Below, piece after piece: positions 47,741 to 56,856 of a stretch of 64,000 nucleotides of DNA; position 1 is the stretch's first letter, and each line of letters begins with the position of its first letter. This DNA comes from Candidatus Eiseniibacteriota bacterium (GTDB lineage: Bacteria; Eisenbacteria; RBG-16-71-46). The stretch lies in NCBI GenBank assembly GCA_963717505.1, contig OY970342.1, positions 1,696,001 to 1,760,000 on the forward strand, read 5' to 3'. The translations under genes and the position numbers were made by a program. The notes under the pieces were generated by a model, which saw only the letters and a program-made list of their open reading frames with translations, was not told where the DNA came from and made no database searches.

Positions 47741-49837
47741 ATGCGCAAGACCGCCACCACTCTGTTGGCCAGCGCACTGCTTGTCGTGTGCGCCTCCATG
47801 GCCGGAGCCGCCGACCGCTACCCGCCGGGGCCCGGCGGAGTGTGTACCGACACGCTCAGCATCTTCCAGTTCCAGAATCCCGCCGCCGCGCCCTGCCACC
47901 CGGCAGCTCTCGACACGGTGTGGGGCCTGCGCGGCGTCATCACCGGATTCGACGCACGCGCGAGCGCCTACGGGTTCTACATGCAGGACACCGGCTTCGC
48001 GAATTGGGCCGGCGTCGACGTGTTCACTGCGGCGACCAACTATCTCGGGCCGGTACCGGGGTCCCCCTCGGGTGGCAACCTGGCGATCGGCGACATCGTC
48101 GTCGTCTACGGAACCAAGCAGGAGTTCCAGGGCGAAACCGAGATCGAAGGGCCGGACGTCACCCAGTCGACCGACGACATCATCATCCGCAAGATCAGCT
48201 CGGGGAACCCCGTGCCCGCGCCGATTGCCGGCACGACCGCGACGTTCGGCCACCTGCCGACCAATCCGAACGGCGAGCAGTACGAAGGCATGTTGGTTTC
48301 GATCGGCGTGCCGATGCGCGTTGCGCGTACGTCGCTGACCGGCGGCCTGCCGTTCAACTCGTTCCTGCTGGTGAATCAGGCCGGTCCGGCCACCGATAGC
48401 GTCCACGTCGACGGCCAGACCCTCACCGCCGTCGCGGTCACACCGCCGGCCGTCGGCACTACGGTCGCCAGCGTGCGCGGCATCTGGCACCAGCGCACGA
48501 ACAACGTCAGCTCGTTCCGCATACAGCTGCGCGACGGCAACGACATCAACATCCAGACGCCGCCGAATCTGGCGGACGCCTACCCGGTCGCGGACAACGT
48601 CGTGCGCGTGGTGTTCGACCGCAACGTCACCGCGGCCAGCGCCGAGAACGAGGCCAACTACTCGCTGGCTTCGTTGGGTTCCGTCGATCTGGCGACCTCG
48701 GTGTCGGCGAGTGCCGTGAACCTGACCATCAGCAACGGTCTGGCGGACGGCGACCTCGAAGGCGTCACCGTGGTCGGAGTGGTCGCGGCCGCGAGCGGCC
48801 TGGCGATGACCACGCCGCAGAACCTGGGCTTCGTGAACGGCGTGGTCGAGCCGTCGGTCATCCAGGAAGCCGATCCCTCGGCGCTGGCCGGCAGCCCGTG
48901 CGAGGACCGTTCGCGCTATGCGGGACCGGGCACCTCGTTCGGATCTCTGCGCGTGTCGATCCGCGGCATCAGCGTGGCGCAGTACGGCGCCCTCTACTAC
49001 ATAGTCGGCGAGAGCGGCGGGCTTCGTAACGGCGTGTCGGTGTTCGGACCGCCGGCGCCGCTGACCCGCGGCAACCGCTACGTGGTGGTCGGGTTCGTCC
49101 AGGAGTTCGGTTCCGGCCCGCAGAACGGCCGCGAGACCGAAATCGTCAGCTCGCCGCTGGTGGTCAACGAAGGACCGGTCGCAGAGCCTGCGCCGCTGAT
49201 CGAGGAAGTCGGGGCGCTCCAGGACACGACCTGCGACGCCACTTCGCCCCAGCTCTTCAGCCACCTGACGACCGGCGAAGATTACGAATGCACGCTGGTG
49301 CGCGTGGCGCGGGGACGGATCACCGAGAACCGGCTGTCGGGCCAGAGCTTCTTCATGACCGACGAGTTCGGAACCTCGGGCGATACGATCCTGGTCGCGA
49401 ACAATGCCAGCAGCTACACGTTCGATCCGGATTCGCTGCAGATCGTCCAGGTCACCGGCACGCTGTCGTCGAACAGCGCGAGTTCGCGTCGATTCCGGAT
49501 CCAGCCGCGGACCAACGCGGACATCCGCAAGATCACCGGCGCCGGAGTCGATCCGATCGTGCGCACGGTTTCGTTCTCGTCATCGCCGAATCCGGCGCGC
49601 GTGCCGAGGATGGTGTTCGCGCTGCCACAGGAGGCCGAGGTCGATCTCGCGGTCTACGATCTGTTCGGCCGCCGGATCCAGACGCTGGCCAAGGGCAAGC
49701 TCGAAGCCGGCACGCACACGCGTGAGTGGAACGGCCTGGGCACCGGCGGCGGCGTTGCCGGCTCGGGCATCTACTTCTACAAGCTGATGGTCGGCAAGGA
49801 CTACGTGAAGACCATCCAGGGAGTGAAGCTCAACTAG
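47741..49837 (+). CDS. Secreted multi-OB-fold protein with FlgD/T9SS-type CTD
   Basis: Signal peptide; two YhcR-like OB modules (GFYMQD..GV.VF..GD.V.V.G...EF..ETEI; YE..LV); PNP..VYDLFGRRI..W.G..SGIYFYKL. Confidence 0.78.
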   Translation: MRKTATTLLASALLVVCASMAGAADRYPPGPGGVCTDTLSIFQFQNPAAAPCHPAALDTVWGLRGVITGFDARASAYGFYMQDTGFANWAGVDVFTAATNYLGPVPGSPSGGNLAIGDIVVVYGTKQEFQGETEIEGPDVTQSTDDIIIRKISSGNPVPAPIAGTTATFGHLPTNPNGEQYEGMLVSIGVPMRVARTSLTGGLPFNSFLLVNQAGPATDSVHVDGQTLTAVAVTPPAVGTTVASVRGIWHQRTNNVSSFRIQLRDGNDINIQTPPNLADAYPVADNVVRVVFDRNVTAASAENEANYSLASLGSVDLATSVSASAVNLTISNGLADGDLEGVTVVGVVAAASGLAMTTPQNLGFVNGVVEPSVIQEADPSALAGSPCEDRSRYAGPGTSFGSLRVSIRGISVAQYGALYYIVGESGGLRNGVSVFGPPAPLTRGNRYVVVGFVQEFGSGPQNGRETEIVSSPLVVNEGPVAEPAPLIEEVGALQDTTCDATSPQLFSHLTTGEDYECTLVRVARGRITENRLSGQSFFMTDEFGTSGDTILVANNASSYTFDPDSLQIVQVTGTLSSNSASSRRFRIQPRTNADIRKITGAGVDPIVRTVSFSSSPNPARVPRMVFALPQEAEVDLAVYDLFGRRIQTLAKGKLEAGTHTREWNGLGTGGGVAGSGIYFYKLMVGKDYVKTIQGVKLN

Positions 49838-49873
49838 CTCTCTGCATTTCGGCGGGGCCGCACCCCGCACGCG

Positions 49874-49903
49874 CGGCCGGGTCCTGCTTTCGGGACCCGG
49901 CCG
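49874..49903 (+). terminator. Terminator-like hairpin
   Basis: CGGCCGGGTCCTG-CTTT-CGGGACCCGGCCG. Confidence 0.55.
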
Positions 49904-49973
49904 ATTGCGTTACGGGAAGGCTGCGGTGTCTCCCGGCTCGGGAAACTGGTGGGGATGACCGCTCCCGGCGCGG

Positions 49974-50002
49974 TTGGAGCGGCCTGCCGCCGGGCCTATA
50001 AT
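49974..50002 (+). promoter_or_regulatory. Sigma70-type promoter of the thioesterase/E2/lip operon
   Basis: TTGGAG-N17-TATAAT. Confidence 0.6.
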
Positions 50003-50038
50003 CGCCCGGTCCTGTCGACCGTTCCGGAGGCCCTTCAC

Positions 50039-50563
50039 CTGACGCACCCTGAGACTTTCCTGGCGCCGCGTCGCGTGCGCGACTCGGTCACCGACATGAC
50101 CCAGCTGGTCCTGCCCCACGAGGCCAACGTGCACGGCAGCGTGCTGGGCGGTACGGTCATGCACTGGATCGACCTGGCGGCGGCGGTCACCGCCAACCGC
50201 CATTGCCGCCGTCCGGTGGTGACCGCGGCAATCGACGAAATGTCGTTCCTGGCGCCGATCCTGGTCGGCCAACTGGCCTGTCTGCACGCGAAGATCACGC
50301 TGGTCGATAAGAGCAGTATGGAGATTCGCGTCACCGTGGAGTCCGAGGATCTGTTGACCGGGGAGCGGCGACACACCAGCACGGCTTACGTCACGTTCGT
50401 TGCGATCGACCCGGTGACGCGCCGGCCGGTGCGGGTGCCGCCGCTGGTATTCGAGACCGACGAAGAACGGGCCGAGCACCAACAGGCGCAGGAACGACGT
50501 CGCATTCGACTCGAACGCCGCGAAGCGATGCGTTCGGGCGGCGGCGCCACCGCCAGGTCGTAG
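50039..50563 (+). CDS. Acyl-CoA thioesterase (hotdog fold, YciA-like)
   Basis: VLP.EANVHG.VLGG..M.WID.AA, VVTA.ID, AYVTFVAID; start uncertain (CTG 50039 after GGAGG, or ATG 50096). Confidence 0.88.
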   Translation: MTHPETFLAPRRVRDSVTDMTQLVLPHEANVHGSVLGGTVMHWIDLAAAVTANRHCRRPVVTAAIDEMSFLAPILVGQLACLHAKITLVDKSSMEIRVTVESEDLLTGERRHTSTAYVTFVAIDPVTRRPVRVPPLVFETDEERAEHQQAQERRRIRLERREAMRSGGGATARS

Positions 50564-50641
50564 GAGCAGAGATCGAGGCGCGGGTTTCCCGCGCATGGAC
50601 GCCCGGCCGCGGAGCGGCCGGGCCTGCAAGGAGGAGTTGAG

Positions 50642-52012
50642 ATGCCGGTTTCGATCGTCGTGCCGCAGCTCGGCGAGAGTGTGGCCGAGGGAACGGTGTC
50701 CAAGTGGCTGAAGGCGGTGGGCGACCGGGTGCGCAAGGAAGAGCCCCTGGTCGAGATCCAGACCGACAAGATCAACGTCGAGATCCCGTCGCCGGCGGAA
50801 GGCGTGCTCGAGAAGATCCTGGTCGCCGAGGGCACGACCGTGCTCGTGGGCACCGAGATCGGAACGCTGGCGGGCGCCGGTGAAGCAGCCGGCGTGGCCG
50901 CGCCCAAGGCGCCCGCGGCCGCACCGGCCAAAGCCCCGGCACTCGCGAGCGCGGTTCCGTCTTTGAGTGCCCCTTCCGCTCCGGCGCCCCGCACCGAGAC
51001 CCCGCCGCGAGCGCCGATGGTCGCCCCGGTGCACTTTGGCGGTAATGGCGCCGACGCCGATCGCAACCGCAACCTGTCGCCGGCGGTGCGCAAGATCGTC
51101 CGCGAGAACCAGGTCGCGGCCGACGAGCTGTCGCGCATCCAGGGCTCGGGCGTGGGCGGGCGCGTGACGCGCGACGATCTACTCGACTACCTCGATCGCC
51201 GCTCGGCGCCCACGGCGACCGCGACCCTGGCGCCGCCTTCGGCGCCCCGCCCGCGCGAGAGCGCGCCCGCGCCCACCTTCCTCAAGGCCACGGTGGCGCC
51301 GGCCGCGGCCGGTCCGCGCACCGAAGTCGTTCCGTTCACCAAGGTGCGCAAGCTGATCGCCGAGAACATGGTGCGCGCCAAGCACACCGCGGCGCACACC
51401 CACTGCTTCGACGAGGCCGACATGAGCGCGATCGTCGCGCTCAAAAAGGAGTGGGGACCGCGGCTCGAAGCCCAGGGCGTCAAGCTCACCTACATGCCGT
51501 TCTTCATCAAGGCGGTGGTGGTCGCGCTCAAGGAGTTCCCGTGGATCAACGGCGAAGTCCAGGGCGAGACCATGGTGCTCAAGCGCTACTACAACATCGG
51601 CATGGCGGTCGGCCGCGACGACAAGGGCCTGATCGTGCCCAACATCAAGGACTGCGACCGCAAGAACCTGGTGCAGATCGCCGCGGAAGTGAACGACCTG
51701 GCGACCCGGGCACGGACCGAGCGCCTGAAGCCCGACGACATCCAGGACGGCACGTTCAGCATCACGAATGCCGGGGTCTATGGCGTGACCAACTCCTCGC
51801 CGGTGATCAACGTCCCCGAGGTCGCGATCCTCGGCGTGCACAAGATCGTCGAGCGGGCGGTGGTGCGCGACGGGCAGATCGTCGCCCGGCCGATGATGAA
51901 TCTGGCGATCGGCTTCGACCACCGCGTGGTCGACGGCGAGCCGGCGGCCAAGTTCCTGCGCCGAGTCGCCGAGCTGCTGGAGCGGCCCGAATTGCTGTGG
52001 TTCCACGTCTGA
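50642..52012 (+). CDS. 2-oxoacid dehydrogenase E2 dihydrolipoamide acyltransferase
   Basis: Lipoyl domain PQLGESVAEG..TDK; E3-binding SPAVRK..GSG.GGRVT; catalytic FDHRVVDG. Confidence 0.93.
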   Translation: MPVSIVVPQLGESVAEGTVSKWLKAVGDRVRKEEPLVEIQTDKINVEIPSPAEGVLEKILVAEGTTVLVGTEIGTLAGAGEAAGVAAPKAPAAAPAKAPALASAVPSLSAPSAPAPRTETPPRAPMVAPVHFGGNGADADRNRNLSPAVRKIVRENQVAADELSRIQGSGVGGRVTRDDLLDYLDRRSAPTATATLAPPSAPRPRESAPAPTFLKATVAPAAAGPRTEVVPFTKVRKLIAENMVRAKHTAAHTHCFDEADMSAIVALKKEWGPRLEAQGVKLTYMPFFIKAVVVALKEFPWINGEVQGETMVLKRYYNIGMAVGRDDKGLIVPNIKDCDRKNLVQIAAEVNDLATRARTERLKPDDIQDGTFSITNAGVYGVTNSSPVINVPEVAILGVHKIVERAVVRDGQIVARPMMNLAIGFDHRVVDGEPAAKFLRRVAELLERPELLWFHV

Positions 52013-52033
52013 GAAGTTCGGAGTGAACGCAAG

Positions 52034-52732
52034 ATGATGCTCACCGCCTGCCACCTGGGCCCGACCGACTACCGCGAGGGGCTCGAGCTGCAGCGCAGCC
52101 TGGTCGAGGCCCGCGCCGCGGGCGAGACCGGCGACCTGCTGCTGTTTCCTGACCACCCGCCGGTGCTGACCGTGGGCCGAAGCGGGCGGGAAGAGAGTCT
52201 CCGGGTGGATCGCGAAACCCTGGCGCGGCAGGGCATCGAAGTGTTCGACGTCAGCCGCGGCGGCGACGTGACCTGGCACGGGCCGGGGCAGCTGGTCGGC
52301 TATACGCTGGTCGACCTGGCCGCGCGCGGGCGCGACCTGCACGTGTTCCTGCGGGGAATCGAAGACGTACTGATCCGCGTGTTGGCCGGCTACGGCATCG
52401 CCGCCGATCGCTCGGCGGGCCGCACCGGCGTCTGGGTCGGCGAGCGCAAGATCGCCTCGATCGGGATCGCCGTGCGCCGTTGGGTCAGCTACCACGGCTT
52501 CGCGCTCAACGTGTGCCCCGAACTTGCGGCGTTCGAGGTCATCCACCCATGCGGGCTCCAGGGCGTGCGGATGACCTCGGTCGCCGATCAGCTGGGCGCA
52601 TCGGCGCCCGGGATCGACGTGGTGCGCGAGCGCGCGGCGCACGAATTCGCCGAACGGTTTGGGTACGATGGCTGCACATGGATGGCAGCCCACGAAGTGC
52701 GTTCGATGGCCGCGGGAAGGACGGCGGCATGA
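52034..52732 (+). CDS. lipB: Lipoyl(octanoyl) transferase
   Basis: HPPVLT.G, RGGDVTWHGPGQLVGY, KIASIG, HGFALN, PCG. Confidence 0.95.
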   Translation: MMLTACHLGPTDYREGLELQRSLVEARAAGETGDLLLFPDHPPVLTVGRSGREESLRVDRETLARQGIEVFDVSRGGDVTWHGPGQLVGYTLVDLAARGRDLHVFLRGIEDVLIRVLAGYGIAADRSAGRTGVWVGERKIASIGIAVRRWVSYHGFALNVCPELAAFEVIHPCGLQGVRMTSVADQLGASAPGIDVVRERAAHEFAERFGYDGCTWMAAHEVRSMAAGRTAA

Positions 52733-53163
52733 ACCGCAAAGGGCGACTGCAGATCACGTTGTTCACGGTGACTGAGGCGAACGCGACCGCGGCCGAGATC
52801 CGCCCCGAGCTGGAAGAGCTGATGCGGGCGCAGCGCGAGCTGAACCTGGTCCAGGCACGGATCGAGGTGCTGGATCTGGCGGCATCGGGGGCCACCGCCG
52901 AGAATCCCGACGCACGCGAGCTGAGAAGCCTCCAGACCCGGCGCATGGTGCTGGCGGCTCGGGTCCGCCGCGGCATCGCCCTGGTGCACCGCCGCGGGGC
53001 ACTGGTCAAGGATCTCGAGCGCGGCCTGGTCGACTTCTACGCCCTGTCCGGAGATCAGCTGGTGTTCCTGTGCTGGCAGGTGAGCGAACCCGAAGTGTCG
53101 CACTGGCACTCGCTCGCGGGGGGATTCGCGTCGCGGCAGCGGGTGGAGCGCGAGGTCGAGTGA
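52729..53163 (+). CDS. DUF2203-like protein
   Basis: FTV.EANA, VKDLERGLVDF, LCW...EP.V.HWH...GFA.R. Confidence 0.8.
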   Translation: MNRKGRLQITLFTVTEANATAAEIRPELEELMRAQRELNLVQARIEVLDLAASGATAENPDARELRSLQTRRMVLAARVRRGIALVHRRGALVKDLERGLVDFYALSGDQLVFLCWQVSEPEVSHWHSLAGGFASRQRVEREVE

Positions 53164-54299
53164 TGCTCACCGCCGAAGCGCGGCCGTTTGCCGACTACAC
53201 CGGGCTCACGGCCGGAGAGATCCGGGAACGCACCTGGGCGGCCAAGGAGGCACTCGGCGCGCGACTGGTGATCCTGGGCCACCACTATCAGCGCGAGAGC
53301 GTGATCGAATTCGCGGACTTCCGCGGCGACTCGTTCAAGCTGGCGCAGCTGGCGGCGAGTCGCGGCGACGCCGAGTTCATCGTGTTCTGTGGTGTCCATT
53401 TCATGGCCGAATCCGCCGACGTCCTGCGCCAGCCGCATCAGACGGTGATCCTGCCCGACCTGAGGGCGGGCTGTTCGATGGCCGACATGGCCCGGATCGA
53501 AGACGTCGAGGAGGCGTGGGAGCGGTTGGTCGAGGTTCATGGCGAGACGATCGTCCCGATCACGTACATGAACTCGACCGCCGCGATCAAGGCCTTCTGC
53601 GGCGCCCGCGGCGGCGTGGTGTGCACGTCGTCGAACGCGCGCACGGTGCTCGAGTGGGCGTGGGCGCAGAAGCCCCGCGCCTTCTTCTTTCCCGACCAGC
53701 ATCTCGGGCGCAACACGGCGTTCGCGATGGGAGTGCCGCTCGCGCACATGGCCGAGTGGGACTGGCGCGCCGAGCAGCTCGACCCCGCCAACGGCGATGC
53801 CTTCCGCCCCGAAATCCGGCTCATCCTGTGGCGCGGGTTCTGTTCGGTGCACACCAAGTTCCAGAAACACATGATCGACGAACTGCGCGCCGCCGACCCC
53901 AAGGTTCGGGTGCTGGTCCACCCCGAGTGTCCGTTCGAGGTGGTGCAGAACGCGGATCTGGTCGGCTCGACCGAGTTCATCATCGATCAGGTGAAGCGGG
54001 CGCCAGCCGGAACCCACTGGGCAATCGGCACCGAAATCAATCTGGTGCACCGTCTGGGGCTCGAGCACCCGGAACAGCGCATCGAGTCGCTGCAGAAGAA
54101 CGTGTGCCCGTGCGCGACCATGAACCGCATCGATCCCGCGCACCTCCTGTGGTCGCTCGAGAATCTGGCCGACGGCCACGTCGTGAATCCGGTGCGCGTT
54201 TCCGATGACGTGCGGAACCACGCGCGCACGGCGCTCGATCGGATGCTGGCGCTCAAAGGCACCGGGCAGATCGCGGCCCGCGAGATGGCGAGGGACTAG
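53163..54299 (+). CDS. nadA: Quinolinate synthase
   Basis: ILGHHYQ, GDSFKL, FCGVHFMAE, AGCSMA, CTSSNA, HPEC, GSTEFI, C.TM. Confidence 0.95.
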   Translation: MLTAEARPFADYTGLTAGEIRERTWAAKEALGARLVILGHHYQRESVIEFADFRGDSFKLAQLAASRGDAEFIVFCGVHFMAESADVLRQPHQTVILPDLRAGCSMADMARIEDVEEAWERLVEVHGETIVPITYMNSTAAIKAFCGARGGVVCTSSNARTVLEWAWAQKPRAFFFPDQHLGRNTAFAMGVPLAHMAEWDWRAEQLDPANGDAFRPEIRLILWRGFCSVHTKFQKHMIDELRAADPKVRVLVHPECPFEVVQNADLVGSTEFIIDQVKRAPAGTHWAIGTEINLVHRLGLEHPEQRIESLQKNVCPCATMNRIDPAHLLWSLENLADGHVVNPVRVSDDVRNHARTALDRMLALKGTGQIAAREMARD

Positions 54300-54394
54300 T
54301 GAGCCTGCCGAACGATCCCAGTGTGAGCCAGCCGAAAGAACTCCGAGCGAGCTTGCCGAGCGATTCCAAAGCGAGCCCGCCTAGCGATTCCCCA
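54299..54394 (+). repeat. Four degenerate 24-bp tandem repeats at the lipA 5' end
   Basis: GTGAGCCTGCCGAACGATCCCAGT / GTGAGCCAGCCGAAAGAACTCCGA / GCGAGCTTGCCGAGCGATTCCAAA / GCGAGCCCGCCTAGCGATTCCCCA. Confidence 0.7.
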
Positions 54395-55408
54395 ATCCGC
54401 ATCTATGGTGCGCCGAGACCCGCGGTGCCCGAACGGCTCCCGGTCACGCCCCGCTTTGGCGGCTGTGCTTCGGGCGCCGGGATCGGCGTCGGCGCCGACG
54501 CCGCGGCGATCGGGCACGGCCCGGGCGGCCATCGTCGCCTGCCCGACTGGCTCAAGGTGCGTCTGCCCGGGGCCGGCGAGTACGCCGGGACCAAGGCGTT
54601 GCTGCGCGAGCGGCGCCTGCACACGGTGTGCGAGGAAGCGCGCTGCCCGAACCTCGGCCACTGCTGGGAGCGCGGTACGGCGACCATCATGATCCTCGGC
54701 GACCTGTGCACGCGGCGCTGCGGCTTCTGCGCGGTCGCGCCGGGGCGGCCCAACGGCTATGTCGACTGGGAGGAGCCGATCCGCGTCGGCGAGGCGGTCG
54801 CGGCCATGGGCCTGCGCCATACGGTGATCACCTCGGTCGCGCGCGACGACCTGTCGGACGGCGGCAGCACGATCTTCGCGCAGACGATCCGCGAGATCCG
54901 CAGTCGGTCGCGGACGGTGATCGAGGTCCTGGTGCCCGACTTCCGCGGCCACGAAGACGATCTGCAGCGCGTGATCGACGCCGGCCCGGAGGTCATCAAC
55001 CACAACATCGAGACGGTCGAGCGGCTGCATCCGGTGGTGCGGCCGAGTGCCCGCTACCCACGTTCGCTCGAGCTGCTGCGCCGGGTGAAAGAGCGCGGAC
55101 ACGGCATCAAGTCCAAGTCGGGCATCATGCTCGGCCTGGGCGAGCAACCCGACGAGGTGCTCGAAACGCTGCGCGACCTGCGCGCGCACGGCTGCGACCT
55201 GTTGACCATCGGCCAGTACCTCAGGCCCTCGCCGAACCATCTGCCGGTGGTCGAGTTCGTCCACCCCGATGCGTTCCGCAAGTGGGGGGAACAGGCGGCG
55301 GCGCTCGGATTCGAGAACGTTGCGTCGGGACCGCTGGTGCGCTCTTCGTTCCACGCCGACGAGCTGGCCGGCACCGTGCGGCCGGGGGAAAGCAGCCGAG
55401 GCGCCTGA
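54299..55408 (+). CDS. lipA: Lipoyl synthase
   Basis: CEEARCPN..HC, CTRRCGFC, ITSVARDD, NHNIET, KSGIMLGLGE, VRSSF. Confidence 0.95.
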   Translation: MSLPNDPSVSQPKELRASLPSDSKASPPSDSPIRIYGAPRPAVPERLPVTPRFGGCASGAGIGVGADAAAIGHGPGGHRRLPDWLKVRLPGAGEYAGTKALLRERRLHTVCEEARCPNLGHCWERGTATIMILGDLCTRRCGFCAVAPGRPNGYVDWEEPIRVGEAVAAMGLRHTVITSVARDDLSDGGSTIFAQTIREIRSRSRTVIEVLVPDFRGHEDDLQRVIDAGPEVINHNIETVERLHPVVRPSARYPRSLELLRRVKERGHGIKSKSGIMLGLGEQPDEVLETLRDLRAHGCDLLTIGQYLRPSPNHLPVVEFVHPDAFRKWGEQAAALGFENVASGPLVRSSFHADELAGTVRPGESSRGA

Positions 55409-55418
55409 CGCCGATACC

Positions 55419-55444
55419 CCTGTGAAATCGGCACTTTTCACAGG
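55419..55444. terminator. Inverted repeat after lipA (terminator or operator)
   Basis: CCTGTGAAA-N8-TTTCACAGG. Confidence 0.45.
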
Positions 55445-55586
55445 TTCGTTCGCAGGCTATTGTCCTCCGCCGAGGTAGACCGGGACCTGATTTGGCCGCC
55501 GATTGTACGCAGTGCTCCCCTGGGGCGTTCCCCCGCTACGCGCCCTTTCCGCCGGCAAGATCGACCCCTCCGGTCGGCAATTGAAA

Positions 55587-56789
55587 ATGAAGATCGTCTG
55601 CATTGGTGGCGGGCCTGCCGGCCTCACCTTCGCCATGCTCGCTCGTCTTTGTCATCCGGAGGCGGAGGTCACGGTCCTCGAGCGCAATGCTCGCGGCGTG
55701 ACGTACGGTTGGGGCGTCGTGTTCCCGGAGGCTCTGCTCCGCGGAATGAGCCGCCACTGTCCCGACACCGCCACCGAGATCGCGCGTTCGGCGACGATGT
55801 GGATCGACCAGCACGTTCACGTTCGCGGGGCGCGCCCGGCTCATCTCGGCCGCCACGGGTACAGCATCGGCCGCGCCGAACTGCTCGAGATCCTCGGGTC
55901 GCGGGCGGAGCGTCTCGGGGTGTCGATCCAGTGCCAGGACGTCGTGGACGACCTGGGAATCCTCGAGGATGCTGACCTGGTGGTGGCCGCCGACGGTGCG
56001 AACAGCCGGTTGCGGGCGAGTCGCGCCGGGCGCTTCGGCACGCGCGTCCTGAGCGGTCAAAACCGGTACATATGGCTCGGCACCAGTCGAGAGTTCCCGG
56101 CGTTCACGTTTGGCTTCGAATCGACGCCGGCGGGATGGATCTGGTTCCACGCTTATCGCTACGCGCCGGCGGCCAGCACGTTCATTGCCGAGTGCTCGGC
56201 GGAAACCTGGCAGGGCCTGGGACTCGACCGGTTGGACGCCGCGTGCACGACCCGGCGTCTCGAGGAGATCTTCGCCGGCTACCTGGACCGCCATCGGCTC
56301 ACCGATCAGATGGGGCCGCTGGGCAAGGTCGGTTGGCAAACCTTCGGCACGATTTCGAATGAGACCTGGGTCGACGGGAACCTCGTGTTGATCGGCGACG
56401 CGGCGCACACCGCGCACTTCTCGATCGGTTCCGGAACGCTCTTGGCGGTCGGCGACGCCCTGGCCCTGGCCGATCAACTGCGCACCCGCGCGGCGCTGCC
56501 GGCCGTGCTCGCGGCCTATGAAGCGCAGCGCCGCCCTGAGGTCGAGCACTTCCAGGCCGCGGCCCGCAACAGCGCCTCGTGGTTCGAGAGGATTCCAGAG
56601 CTGATCGAGCAGCCGGCGGTGGATTTCGCCTACGGCTTGCTGCGGCGGCGCGAGGGGCCGTCGGTGCGGAGCGAGACCGGTCCGCGCTGGCGCTACCCGA
56701 TGTACCGAGCCATGCAGTGGGGTGTCTTGTCCGAAGCGCGGCGCTGGATCACGGCCACGCGACGGAGGTGGCGCCCGAAGTACCGCTAG
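55587..56789 (+). CDS. FAD-dependent monooxygenase (similar to the salicylyl-CoA 5-hydroxylase N-terminal domain)
   Basis: MKIVCIGGGPAGL, YGWGVVF, AADGANS, GDAAHTAHFSIGSGT. Confidence 0.85.
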   Translation: MKIVCIGGGPAGLTFAMLARLCHPEAEVTVLERNARGVTYGWGVVFPEALLRGMSRHCPDTATEIARSATMWIDQHVHVRGARPAHLGRHGYSIGRAELLEILGSRAERLGVSIQCQDVVDDLGILEDADLVVAADGANSRLRASRAGRFGTRVLSGQNRYIWLGTSREFPAFTFGFESTPAGWIWFHAYRYAPAASTFIAECSAETWQGLGLDRLDAACTTRRLEEIFAGYLDRHRLTDQMGPLGKVGWQTFGTISNETWVDGNLVLIGDAAHTAHFSIGSGTLLAVGDALALADQLRTRAALPAVLAAYEAQRRPEVEHFQAAARNSASWFERIPELIEQPAVDFAYGLLRRREGPSVRSETGPRWRYPMYRAMQWGVLSEARRWITATRRRWRPKYR

Positions 56790-56856
56790 GGTCCCAGGCC
56801 GAGCCGTCCTGCTCGGGGTCGGGCGGTCGCGGTGTGGCGGCGGCGCGCCCGATGCT

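Noticed and set aside
55587-56789. FAD enzyme as a pyrrole halogenase belonging to the downstream cluster
   Set aside because: GWIWF only loosely resembles WxWxIP; the overall motifs fit aromatic hydroxylases, and a convergent regulator separates it from the cluster.
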